From Octopus bimaculoides (lineage: Eukaryota), in assembly GCF_001194135.2 (NCBI RefSeq), contig NC_068982.1:191605522-191651726 (forward strand): a stretch of 46,205 nucleotides of DNA, given 5' to 3'. Every line of letters begins with the position of its first letter. The stretch's first letter is position 1. Below the pieces are notes generated by a model, which saw nothing but the letters and a program-made list of their open reading frames with translations, made no database searches and was not told the origin of the DNA. Shown here piece by piece: positions 23,732-35,079 of the stretch. The position numbers and the translations under genes are program-made.

Positions 23732-24262
23732 GTAAGATTCTATTTTTCTCATTCCTTTTTGCATTTTATTGAATTCTACTTAGAATTCCTCAGTTGAACA
23801 AAAGGTTATCGCTTACACTTGCAATATTTTCAATTAGTCTTTGACAAAATGAAGGTTCACGTCTTTGAAATATTCTTCGTCTTTAGAATTTTGAAGGAAA
23901 GAAGCTTATTTGAAAGTGTATTGGGTGTTTTGTACACAGCACCAGCACTGACAGGGTGAGCAAGTAGTTTGCAAGACAAAAAACCCTCAACTGGGAGGGG
24001 GGATTAGTATTGAGAGGGAGGTGGGGTGGCAGCTTTGTGCCACTTGAGAGATTAAAGGTGTCTTACTGAAGAGTAGATACAGGGATTAATGTAGTTGAAA
24101 AAGAAAGGAGGAGATTGAGTTAGAGAGGGAGGGAGAGAGAGAGAGAGAGAGTGAAGATGTGGTGGGACATGCCCTTCGGGGACTTGGGGAGGGTAAGAAT
24201 AGGTGAGGTGATACAGGGGTTTGGGAGAGTGGGCAGGGTTAAGATTATATAGTAATGTATAT

Positions 24263-25200
24263 CATCATCATTTAACGTCCACTTTTCCATGCTGGCATGG
24301 GTTGTTAGACGATTTCACTGAAACTGCTAAGCCAGAGAGCTGCACCAGATTCACCTCTGAATTTGGTTAGGGTTTCTACAGTTGGATGCACTTCCTAACA
24401 CCAATCACTCCGAGAGTGTAGTAGGTGCTTTTTATGTGCCACTGGCATGGGTACCTTTTACATGTTACTTTGCACAAGTGCCAGTTATGTGCCACCAACA
24501 CAGGAGCCAATGAGGTGGCACTGGCATTGGCCACACTCAAATGGTGCTTTTTATGTGCCACCACCATGGGCACCAGTCAAGTGGCACTGGCATCAGCCAC
24601 ACTTGAATGGTGTTTTTTTGCATGTCATTGGCACGGATGCCAGTCAGACGGCAGTGGCATTGGCCACAACTACAATTTCACTCAGTTCAACAGGTCTTCA
24701 CAAGCACAGCATATCACCCAACAATTGAAGGATACTTTTAAATGGGCCAGTTATGTGACACTGGTATTGGCTACGACTACAATCTCACTTGGCTTGCCAG
24801 GTCTTCTCAAGCATGGCATATTTTCAAAGTTCTCAGTCACTGGTCATTGCATCTGTGAGGCCCAACTTTCGAAGGTCGTGCTTCACCATGTCATCCCAGG
24901 TCTTCCTGGGTCTCCCTTTTCCACAGGTTCCCTCCATTGTTATGGTGTGACACTTTTTGACATAGCTGTCCTCATCCATACGCATCACATACCAGTGCAG
25001 TCATCTCTCTTGCACTCCACATCTGATGCTTCTTATGTCCAACTTTTCTCTCAAGGCACTTACATTCTGTTGTGTATGTACAGTGACATTACATATCCAG
25101 CAGAGCATATTAACTTTGTTTCTTTCAAGCTTACGCATGTCCTCAGCAGTCACAGCCCCTGTTTCACTGCCTTGTAACATGGCTGTTCACACACAAGGCA
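24263..25200 (-). mobile_element. RTE family A 5'-truncated copy (ORF2 tail and full 3' UTR)
   Basis: Reverse complement gives the cagtgaaacaggggctgtgactgctgaggacatgcgtaagctt and gcactggtatgtgatgcgtatggatgagg segments, homologous to 5950-6250. It has a (CAT)n tail, and (TA)n lies at about 25238-25266. Confidence 0.9.
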
Positions 25201-25233
25201 TCATACAGTCTACCTTTCATTCTGAGCTAGAGG

Positions 25234-25269
<36 letters not shown>

Positions 25270-26465
25270 CAAAAGATGAAAACAGGTGAAGGAACAACAA
25301 GCAGGTGTATTAGTTTAGCGCTCAGGAAAAATGGGGAAAAGTCTTTGTTTTGAGGCTATGCTCTTTGACAGAAAAGATTAAGACGATAAAAATGGAGAGA
25401 GAAAAAAATGTGTAAGGATTAATGGTTCAACAGAATGAAATGGCCAGAAGAAAGAGGCTGAATGAAAGGGAGATATTAAAGGTGACCAGGACGAAGCTAA
25501 GGTGCACAAGCGTGTGTGTTTGTGAGAATGTTGTGTGAATGGGGGTGAGTGTGTGAGTATGTATGTGTGGGGGGAGCTGAAAATTATGTGGACTTATGTG
25601 TGTGTGTGTGCATGTGCATGTGCATGAGTAGTTTAGTGCATACATTAATTGGGGTGATGTGCATTTCATATACTGATGTGTGTGTGTGTGTGTGTGCATG
25701 CGTGCGGTTGACGTGTGTATGTATATGGACAAGGCTGACGTGTGTGCATGTGTCTATGACCATATTGTGTACATGCATATTGTGTGTGTATTGTTTGTGT
25801 TCTGGCATTTTGTGCCTTTTGGAGTGAATACTTTGTGTTGTGGGGGGAATGCATAGAGGTATGGGATGGGGTGGCAAGAGATAGAGGTTAGGTGGTGGGA
25901 TAGGGGTGTGGGAGTACGCATGATGGTGTGTGGTGTGTGTAATGAGTTGAACAGTGTGTAGGGGTGCTTGTATAGTGGCCTGTATGTGTGGATAATAGTG
26001 TGTGGCGTGGGTGCTATGAGGTGGGAAGGTGTTTGTGAGTGTGTTTGGAATGGTGTGTGAAGTGAGTAATGAGTTGAACAGTGTGTATAGGTGTTTGTAT
26101 AGTGGTATGTGTGTGGTGAGGGTACCAAGGTAGGCAGTGTGCAAGTGTATAGGTGGAAGGGAGGTGCAGTTGAATGTGGGAATCTGTGGGGTTGATGTTA
26201 GAGGAAGAGTGGTGGTGAGTTGAGACCATAAGAGGCAAAGGAATGAAGAGAAAAAATTAATTCCTGTTCATAGTGAAAGCAGGAGTCTGGGTGGCCCCTG
26301 TGCAGAGACAGTCTGAACACAGACAGATGTTGTAGCAAATGACCAGTGAAGTGGCAATGGTGTGAGACCAGAATGTCATTGCTGAGTATGTCTCGGAGGT
26401 GCTCAGCAAATTGGTCAACCAAGCAGCATCCCATTTGACCAATGTACAGGTAAGGACACAGAGAG
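25270..26465 (-). mobile_element. Penelope-like element 3' part: GIY-YIG endonuclease relic and simple-repeat-rich tail
   Basis: Minus ORF 26198-26470 reads SLCPYLYIGQMGCCLVDQFAEHLRDI...VSHH..TGH.LQHLSVF...EQELIFSL....GLN, the typical PLE GIY-YIG pattern (YIGQTxRxLxxRFxEH...EQxxIxxL...GLN). Confidence 0.8.
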
Positions 26466-26564
26466 AGCATATATATATATATATATCATTAGATATATGT
26501 GTTTATTAAATATACTTTTACAAATTGGTACTCCTGCTTATTTTTTTGTTTGTTTTTTTTTCAG

Positions 26565-26681
26565 TTCCAACTTTGGTAACAAACAATGTCATCTCTAACG
26601 TCTTCCCATTGCACAACAATGATGACCTGATCCGACTGCGTAATGGCTGGGTGAATGCATTTTGTAAGACGCAACCTCTGA
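26565..26681 (+). CDS. ANO8: Anoctamin-8 coding exon (PTLV...VFPLH...WVNAFCKTQPL)
   Basis: tttttcAG acceptor and A|GTAAGT donor. Contains the anoctamin FPLH and W...QPL motifs. Phase 1 to 1. Confidence 0.95.
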
Positions 26682-27995
26682 GTAAGTTCTTCTCTTATTC
26701 TTCTCTACACTTTGTTAGACCTAAACTAATAGTAAACACTCATCACATTTATATATCTAGACTCACATCTTTGTTTGTATCAATTTAGTTTTGTAATAAT
26801 TGTTGTGTCTCAGGCCAGCCCTGATCCAACTGACCTGTGGTCAAAGGTGATCCAGCCTTGACCATTCTGCCAGTTTGTATATTAGAGTGTATTATTCAAT
26901 TTGTCCTTATCATTTGAGGCAGACTTGGCTGTTGTTTCTAGCAGGTCACAGACGTCTCTTCACTGGCTCATATTGTAGTCGTGGGTCAGCCAGATTTTGT
27001 TGAAGCAAATTTTCTATGGCCGGATGCCTTCCCTGTCACTAACCCTCACCTGTTTCCAATCAAAGTGATATTTCCCCATGGCCAGATATGTTTTTCATGG
27101 AGGGAAATAACAGCATTGCTTGTATGACTGTGATGCTTGTTAATAACTATCAGATGATGTCAACACACGCACACACACACACACACGATGCAATTACATA
27201 GTTTTTGTCTTCCAAAACCACTTTCAAGGCATTAGTTGGCTTAGGGCTTAACTCTTACTGGCTTAATTCCCATATTTGTTAATAGGTACCATGGATTTTA
27301 AGGAAATTAGTCAGCCAAAAGTTGTGAGTTCAAACCCCTCAGTAGACAAAAACCAATGTCTCTCAGTGGTTTGATCTTATGAAAGGCTAGTGCTGCCATC
27401 TGTCTCACTACACAGGAAGACATCTCTCACAAATGGACAATATAGCATGGAGTGGAAACCCATACTCAGTTGAGTTTCACTCAATAATGCACATACTTTT
27501 CTGTTACTCTAGATTTCAATTCACTCTAGAGGACCCAAAGTATACCTTATCCAAGTTATGTGTTGACGCAATCCCTACAACAACCTGTGTCCCTGTTTGT
27601 TGGGTGAAGCAACTATGAGGATTGGGGGACAGGAAAAAAAAACCTGCTATAAAACAGCATCATAAAAGAAGCCTTGTCTAGCCTATGCCACTGTGTGTCT
27701 GACCTTGTCTTGACATCATGTGATGGTTGTAAACAAGCATCACTGTCATACAAGCAGTGTTGATAATTTCCAATCTTCTGTGAAAAAACATGTCTGTCCA
27801 TTGGGGGAAAGATCACTTTACCTGGAAACAGGTGAGAATTGGCAACAGAAAGGGCTTCTGAATGCAGGAAATCTGTCTCACCAAATTCTGTTCAGTTCAT
27901 ACATACAAGCATGAAAAAGGGGACATTAAAATGATGATAAAGAATAGTAATATAACCATAACCCTTAATCTTTCAACCATTTCTTTTCTTTCCAG

Positions 27996-28123
27996 ATCAA
28001 ATCTGTGAATACTTTGGAGTGAAGATTGCCATGTATTTTGCTTACTTGGGACATTACACAACTGCTCTATGTATTCCTGCTCTTATAGGACTTCTTGTGT
28101 GGACTATGGAAGGATATGAACAG
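27996..28123 (+). CDS. ANO8: Anoctamin-8 coding exon, TM1 (QICEYFGVKIAMYFAYLGHYT...)
   Basis: ttccAG acceptor and CAG|GTTGGC donor. Contains the YFGxKIAxYFAxLGxYT anoctamin signature. Not reported in the ORF track. Phase 1 to 0. Confidence 0.97.
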
Positions 28124-28435
28124 GTTGGCACCAAATTTTAAGTGAAATATTCTGTTCACTGTTTTGAGACCATATTCCAAATGAAATATAATCTCCATGT
28201 AATTGATTTTGAAAATAATCAAGAATTTGATTGGTTTTACTAAAATGTCTTGTACTTTCATGACAAATTTGATGTTTGGAACGAAACAAAAAGTTCTTCT
28301 AACCTAAAATTATGATGAAAGAATTTAATTTGGGTGTATTTACTTTAAATTTGGAAGTTTTTTTTTTTCTTATAGAATTAGAAGTCAGGTAGTTTAGTGA
28401 CAAAAGAGTGCTCAAAGATGGTCAATTGGTTTATC

Positions 28436-28545
28436 AGGTGTGGCTGTGTGGTAAGAAGTTTGCTTCCTAACTTCATGGCTCTGCATTCCGTCCCACTGCA
28501 TAGCACCTTGGGCAAATGTTTTCTACTATAGCCTTACAAGTGGAT
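28436..28545 (+). mobile_element. SINE family C head
   Basis: Reads ggtgtggctgtgtggtaagaagtttgcttcc...gcaccttgggcaaatgttttctactatagcc. Confidence 0.75.
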
Positions 28546-28559
28546 TTGACTCCTGGAAC

Positions 28560-28985
28560 GGTTAGCGTTAGGAATGGCATCCAGCCATAGAAACCATGCC
28601 AAATCAGGAACTTGGTGCAGCTCTCTGGATCATCCACTCCAGTCAAACCATCCAACTCCTACCAGCATGGAGAGCGGACATTAAATGATGATGATGATGA
28701 TGATTACAATCATGATCATCATTATTTAACATCCATTGTCCATGCTGGCATGGGTTGGATGGTTTGACCAGGGCTGGCAGGCTGGAAGGCTGCACCAGAC
28801 TCCAGTCTGATTTGGCATGGTCTCTACAACTGGATGCCTTTCCTAATGTCAACCACTCTGAGAGTGTAATGGGTGCTTTTACATGTCACCAGCATCAGCC
28901 ACATTGCCTCTGTGAGGCCCAACGTTCGAAAGGTGCTTTGTTTATGTGCCACCAGCATGGGTGTTAGTTACATGACACTAGCTTC
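28560..28985. mobile_element. Tail-to-tail pair of RTE family A 3' ends (+ about 28560-28703; - about 28708-28985)
   Basis: The plus copy ends ...agagcggacattaaatgatgatgat. The minus copy begins catcattatttaacatccattgtccatgctggcatgggttgg and ends near (TA)n. Confidence 0.85.
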
Positions 28986-28986
28986 A

Positions 28987-29038
<52 letters not shown>

Positions 29039-29262
29039 TTAAGAACCAAGATTTATATCTCCAGGTTTGGGTGCAGTTATTTACATCTTTTCATTCCATA
29101 CCTACAGATGTTGTTTCTGCAGCAAGNNNNNNNNNNCACAATTATCTGCATTTTTAGATTCTATCTGAATTAGAGTTGGAAAGGTCAGAATTTAGACTAT
29201 TTCTAGAATACTAATACCACGTGTGTGAATAAGTTTCGGTTGGACTCATGTTTGTATTTTAG

Positions 29263-29322
<60 letters not shown>

Positions 29323-29769
29323 ACACACACTGGACCAATAGTGAAAATCTATTTCTGATAAGGCAACCAAGTCTTTTTTAAAAATTGAATGTAATTAAAA
29401 TCTCTTTATAAATGGTAAAATGTTTCGTTCTACAGGAGTCTAGGAATTTACGTCTTCAAAGCACTGACAGACCAATGGTAAGTGTATTCTAGGTTTGCCA
29501 TAAATGGTGATGGTTTGATTTTGGGTCTCTGGTAGCTTGCAGTGGTTGATTAACATTTTGGTTGGAAAGGTCTAGTAACTTGTGCTGTGTTCTGGGATAT
29601 TTCTGCTCTGTCGTGCAATATTTGGTCAAGTTGTGTTCAAGTTGGATTAGGGTTTATCTTTCTGTTTGTTGTGAGTAAAAGAGATTAAAGTATATTTCGT
29701 TCTGATGCATTTTGGTTGGGAAAGAAACGGTAAACGTAAAGTAGATATATGTGGTTCTTGATAATTGGT

Positions 29770-30075
29770 TCTCTGTCAGTTAGAATGCCGAGTGTTCCAG
29801 TTGATCCGATCGGATCAGCCTGCTTGTGAAATTAACAGGCAAATGGCTGAGTATACCACAGACAAGCGTAACATTGACTTAGTTCTTAGGGAGATTCGGC
29901 ATGACACAGAATGTGACAAGTCTGGCCCTTTGAATTACTGGTACAACTTTTTGCCAGATGAGGGGACTGGGGCAATGTGAAATAAAGTGTCTTGTTCAGG
30001 TATACATGCTGCTGGGAATTGAACTCACAACTCTACAATCATGAACTGAACACCTTAACCACTAAGCCATGGTGG
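29770..30075 (-). mobile_element. SINE family B
   Basis: Homologous to the reverse complement of 1659-1990. Confidence 0.75.
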
Positions 30076-30098
30076 TTCTTGATATACTGCTACATTCC

Positions 30099-30177
30099 AC
30101 AATGGTTCTTTCTCCATAATGGTGCTCTCTATAATGGTACTCTTCATAATGGTTCTTTCTCAACAATGGTACTCTTC
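30099..30177. repeat. About 15-bp minisatellite (ataatggtrctcttc), 5 units
   Basis: Units are visible at 30099, 30116, 30131, 30146 and 30162. Confidence 0.8.
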
Positions 30178-30399
30178 ACGATTCCGTTCTGTTCAGTCAT
30201 CTGTTTCAACCTGTGTTACCTTCACAATTTCATTTCTCATAAGAACCATGTCTTGCAAACATGAGGAATCGTCACCTTTTGGTACTAAACGTATGAAAGG
30301 TGTTAGACCAGCTGAGTCTGGAGTAGATTTAGAAAATAATTCCAAAGCTAGAATCAATTGTGGTCAAAGTTAGTACAGTAAAAGAATTGGTGGACAGTT

Positions 30400-31160
30400 T
30401 AAACAGGGAAGCCAGGGTCAATCGTGGACACTAGAGTGTAGACGGATCACAGATAATGAGAAAGGTAGACTTATGTTACAGGTGAAAGAAAAAACAATAA
30501 ACACCAAGAGCATCTGTAGAAAATAAATTGTCTCAAACAGACAGAAAATTCCCTAGAAGTAATTGATGACTTTTGTTACCTAGGTAACCTAAATAATAGT
30601 GAGGGGGTTCTGAAAGTATTGTTGCCAGAGTAAGAACAGATTGAAGAAAAATCAGGGAGCCATGACCTCTGCTAATAATAAGGGCTTCCCTTTCAGAGCA
30701 AAGGACAGCTTATGTGAATATCTGTGAGTGAAGTGTTATGTTGCTGAGTAAAGAGATGTGAGTGAGCCAGAAGACTTGCGGTGGCTCGAAAGAAATGAAG
30801 CCAGCATGTTCTAGTTATGTTTCTCTATATAACAATATGAAGGACATAATAATGGACAGACTGAGGGATGTGGGGAAAGACTTGATAAGGTTTTGGTGGG
30901 CCTTTACAGCAGAAGGAGATGATAAACTAGAGGTCACTGTTCCATGAACATTATAGAGGTTTGTGTAATTGTTGGGCCAGTGCCACATAAAATGCACTCA
31001 CTACACTCTGTAAAGTGGTTGGCATTAGGAAAGGCATCCAGCTGTAGAAACCATGTCAGAACAGACAAATATAGCGTGGTGCAGCTCTCCAGCCTTGCCT
31101 GCCCAGTCAAACCGTCCCCAACCCATGCCAGCATGGGAAATGGATATTAAATGAAGATGA
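30400..31160 (+). mobile_element. Old RTE copy related to family A (decayed ORF2 and 3' tail)
   Basis: Contains ctagaagtaattgatgacttttgttacctaggtaac (LEV..DFCYLG), gaaagaaatgaagccagcatg, and a 3' tail ending in atgaagatgat. Confidence 0.7.
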
Positions 31161-31317
31161 TAATTGTGATATACATACAGGCATGGGTGTGAGGTTAAGG
31201 ATTTAGCTCCTCAATTATGTGCTCTTGGAATCGGTCATTCCTTAGGCAAGTGTGCATATTTATATATATATATATATTTTTTTTNNNNNNNNNNNNNNNN
31301 NNNNNNNNNNNNNNNNG

Positions 31318-31541
31318 GACGGGACGCCAGTCCATCGCAGCGTTACTCAAGAAACAGGAAGAAAGAGTGAGAGAAAGTTGGGGCGAAAGAGTACAGCAGG
31401 GTTCACCACCACCCCCTGCCGGAGCCTCGTGGAGCTTTAGGTGTTTTCACTCAATAAACACTCACAACGCCCGGTCTGGGAATCGAAACCGTGATCCTCC
31501 GACTGCGAGTCCGCTGCCCTAACCACTGGGCCATTGCGCCT

Positions 31542-31544
<3 letters not shown>
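31318..31544 (-). mobile_element. Young, CpG-intact tRNA-derived SINE inserted in (TA)n
   Basis: Reverse-complement head GGAGGCGCAATGGCCCAGTGGTTAGGGCAGCGGACTCGCAGTCGGAGGATCACGGTTTCGATTCCC has A and B boxes. The body continues to an N gap. Confidence 0.85.
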
Positions 31545-31582
<38 letters not shown>

Positions 31583-31976
31583 TGTGAGTCTGTGTGGATG
31601 TGTGTGCGTGCATATATGTATGCCTTTGTGAACAATGCTACAGCTATGAATGGTGACTTCATTGTTTGTGGTTGAGTCACAAATGGAGACATTTGTTGAC
31701 ATCTACCTTCAACAAATCCTCCAATTAGCTCTACACTTTCAAATTCCTTTGGAATTACAAATGTCCCTTTCTTGGAAAACAGGTAAGGGTTAGTGACAGG
31801 AAGTGCATCTAGCTGTGAAAATCCCACTTCCTCTCATCCAAGCCTTGCTAACATGCATAACTATGATTTTGATGGTTAGTCTTAGTATTGATGTCATAAC
31901 TATGATCCTACTGCTGAGTCTTAATATCTATGTCATAACTCTGATTTCATTTTTATTTGTATTCTTCTTGCTTCAG

Positions 31977-32138
31977 ACATTCGATGATTGGTGCTTTGTT
32001 GGTTTTGCGTTGTTTAATGTGTTGTGGGCCACTCTTTACTTGGAACACTGGAAGCGAAGATCAGCTGAGCTGGCTTACAAGTGGGGGACACTAGACAAAA
32101 ATGATGAAGTTGTCATAGATCCCCGGCCTTTTTATAAG
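31977..32138 (+). CDS. ANO8: Anoctamin-8 coding exon, TM2 (FALFNVLWATLYLEHWKRRSAELAYKWGTLD...PRPFYK)
   Basis: cttcAG acceptor and AAG|GTGAG donor. 162 nt, phase 0 to 0. Contains the WKRR.AELAYKWGTLD motif. Confidence 0.97.
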
Positions 32139-32234
32139 GTGAGAACTTTCAAACTAATTTCAAATTTGTTGAATTCTTATTTTATACAAACACACACCCA
32201 GACACATGCATGGCGCATTATCTCTTTACTACGT

Positions 32235-33195
32235 TCAGGTGCTGCTTTTTCCATACCACTGGCACAGGGAGCCAGTCAGGTGGCACTGGCATCAATCCAC
32301 ATTTGAATGGTGCTTATTACATGCCGCAAAGCACGGGTGTTAGTCAGGCAGCACTGGCATTGACCACGCTTGAATGGTGCTTTTTACGTGCCACCAGCAC
32401 AGGTGCCGGTCAGGCGGCACTGGCACTGACCCACACATAAATGGTGCTTTTTACGTGCCACCAGCACAGGTGCCGGTCAGGCGGCACTGGCACTGACCCA
32501 CACATAAATGGTGCTTTTTACGTGCCACCAGCACAGGTGCCGGTCANNNNNNNNNNGGTGCTTTTTACGTGCCACCAGCACAGGTGCCGGTCAGGCGGCA
32601 CTGGCACTGACCCACACATAAATGGTGCTTTTTACGTGCCACCAGCACAGGTGCCGGTCAGGCGGCACTGGCACTGACCCACACATAAATGGTGCTTATT
32701 ACATGCCACAGGCACGGATGCGAGTCAGGCAGCACTGGCATCAGCCACAACTACAATTTCCATTCCTGATTTTGATCTTGATTTTGATTTTTGATGTTAT
32801 TTGACTCAAAAGGTCTTCTCAAGCACGGCATATCACCTGATGATTCAGGAGTACTTTTTAAATTGGTTGGTTATGCAACACTGGTATAGGTTACATCTGT
32901 GATCTCACTTGGCTTGCTGGGTCTTCTCAATCACTGCATATCTCCAAAGGTCTCAGTCTCCTGTCATTGCCTCTGTGAGGCCCAACATTCGAGGGTCGTG
33001 CTTCACCACCTCGTCCCATGTCTTCCTGGGTCTCCCTCTTCCATGGGTTCCTTCTTAGGGTGTGACACTTTTTCACACAGCTCTCCTCATCCATATGCAT
33101 CATCTGACCATTCCAGTGCAGTCGTCTCTCTTGCACACCGCATCTGATGCTGCTTATGTCCATCATTTCTCTCAGGATGCTTACACTCTGTCGCG
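32235..33195 (-). mobile_element. RTE family A copy with an expanded internal 67-bp tandem array (about 32370-32700)
   Basis: The ORF2 tail (RRLHWNGQMMHMDEESCVKKC) is on the minus strand. Identical 67-bp units start at 32390, 32457, 32524, 32571 (after a gap) and 32638. Confidence 0.9.
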
Positions 33196-33710
33196 TGTGT
33201 GCACAAAATAATTGATTGTTTTAACTATAACAAATAATCAAAATCTTAGCAAGTAATATTTTGTAATATTTTTGCAAAGTAATTTTTGCTGATGGGGAAA
33301 TTGCTGCTATTTCTAGCTTTGTATGTCTGCCATTAACAAGGCCAAGGAAGGCTGAAGTCACATGATCTGGTAGTCTCGCAGTAATAGCAGATGATTATCT
33401 CCTGCTAGTGATATAAACAAGAGTGCTTATATGCATCACAAGTCCATATGAAAGGTTCTCTTGTGTTAAATAATGCAGTATTTTGTGTTCTCGCACAACT
33501 TCTGCTTTTAAATCAAGATTAATATTACTTTTTTGTCTCCTTATTTCCCCTTCAATGTGACAGGCTCTCTCCACTTACCCATTTTGTTCATTAAATTTGA
33601 TAAACTTGAATCAAATTCAATTTATCTTTTGTGATGGAGATCCCCCACCCCATACTGCCACCCCCACCACCATCATAAATAAATATCTCTTGACTGATTT
33701 CTCTTTCCAG

Positions 33711-33999
33711 GGAGAACTTGAAGTAAGTAGTGTCACTGGAAGGCTGGAACCATTCTATCCAATATGGAAAAGGAATATGTTCCGCTACTTTGTAACCCTT
33801 CCTGTTGTCATCTTATGTCTTTGCATTGTTTTTGCTGTGATGCTGGCCAACTTTTACATTGAGGAACTCATCACGAAATTAGTCAACACCGGTGAATATG
33901 CTTTCATTGCCAAAGTTTTCCCGAAAGTTTGCCATGCTGCTTCCATCTTCACACTCGATCGAATGTACACCAGAGTTGCATACTGGCTTAATGATATGG
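33711..33999 (+). CDS. ANO8: Anoctamin-8 coding exon, TM3-TM4 (GELEVSSVTGRLEPFYP.WKR...AYWLNDM)
   Basis: ttccAG acceptor and G|GTAAGT donor. Hydrophobic helices and the WLNDM motif. Phase 0 to 1. Confidence 0.95.
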
Positions 34000-34509
34000 G
34001 TAAGTTTGGCAGTTCTGTGCCAGTTTTCTTAATTTTAGAATTTTATTCATTTCAATCAAACACAGAATTATTCATTGATCAACAAAACATTCAAACTCCA
34101 AAAACAACAACCATTACCTTTTTCATGTCTTAGCGTTGTCAGTCATGTTTGATGTGTTTAAACAAATCACTTGGAGAGTAATTTCTGTAACTTTCCCTCA
34201 GGATGTCATTGTTGTAATATCACACAATAATTATAATCACTTCCTCACAGTTAATTGCTCCACCGACTTCATTTACAGCCTATAATTTATAACTGGCTGA
34301 CATTCACGGAAAGTTACAGTTTTAAAACCACAAATATTCCAACATTGGCACCAAGTATGAGCATCCTACACAAATTGCTCTCATGGAATGGAGGCAGATG
34401 TAATATCAGGAGTTGTGTGTGTGTGTGTGTATATGTATATATATATACACATGCACATATCAAAGTAGATTGTATGTATGTGTGATATCTAGGATATTGT
34501 ATAACTATT

Positions 34510-34543
<34 letters not shown>

Positions 34544-34596
34544 TACACACACGTGTATATATAAATGTATATGTACATGTATAAATATAAATATAT

Positions 34597-34764
34597 ATTC
34601 ATGACCCCCAAGGGGGTCTCATATATATATATCATCATCATCATCATCATCGTTTAACGTCCGCTTTCCATGCCAACCCATGCTAGCATGGAAAGCGGAC
34701 GTTAAACGATGATGATGATGATGATGATATATATATATATGAAACCCCCTTGGGGGTCATGAAT
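34597..34764. repeat. Fold-back palindrome of about 168 bp built from a SINE end, (TA)n and an RTE tail
   Basis: attcatgacccccaagggggt..(at)n(cat)n cgtttaacgtccgctttccatgc pairs with its reverse complement, ending ...cccccttgggggtcatgaat. Confidence 0.92.
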
Positions 34765-35035
34765 GACCATGGGATTGCACCTAGAAAGTTCCCCTCTGAG
34801 GCATAAGTCCAGCAGTCGCCCATGCATACCGGCCTCCCATCTCCTCACTACTGATGTTATCCAAGGGAAAGGCAAAGGGGCTGACACAGCTTGGCACCAG
34901 TGATGTCGCAACTCATTTCTACAGCTAAGTGATCTGTAGCAGTGTGAAATAAAGTGTCTTGCTCAAGAACACAACACACCACCCAGTCCAGGAATTGGAC
35001 TCACTATCCAATGCTCTAACCTCTGAGTCATGTAC
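34745..35035 (-). mobile_element. tRNA-derived SINE (family E)
   Basis: Contains aaataaagtgtcttgctcaagaacacaac...caggaattggactc...ctgagtca (reverse-complement tRNA head plus conserved core). Confidence 0.75.
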
Positions 35036-35079
35036 CATCTCTCTCTCTCTCTCACACACCTATGTATGTAGGGCAAGTA

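Noticed and set aside
24425-25177. 250-aa plus ORF
   Set aside because: It is antisense to the RTE family A 3' UTR and ORF2. It stays open because of the tandem units and encodes no recognisable protein.
25427-26238. His/Thr-rich ORFs (HTHTH...)
   Set aside because: These are translations of (CA/TG)n-rich simple repeats in the Penelope tail.
31470-31544. Functional tRNA gene
   Set aside because: It has A/B boxes but no proper acceptor-stem closure or poly-T terminator, and it continues into a SINE body.
32370-32700. CRISPR-like array
   Set aside because: The units are contiguous and identical with no unique spacers, the context is eukaryotic, and no cas genes are present.
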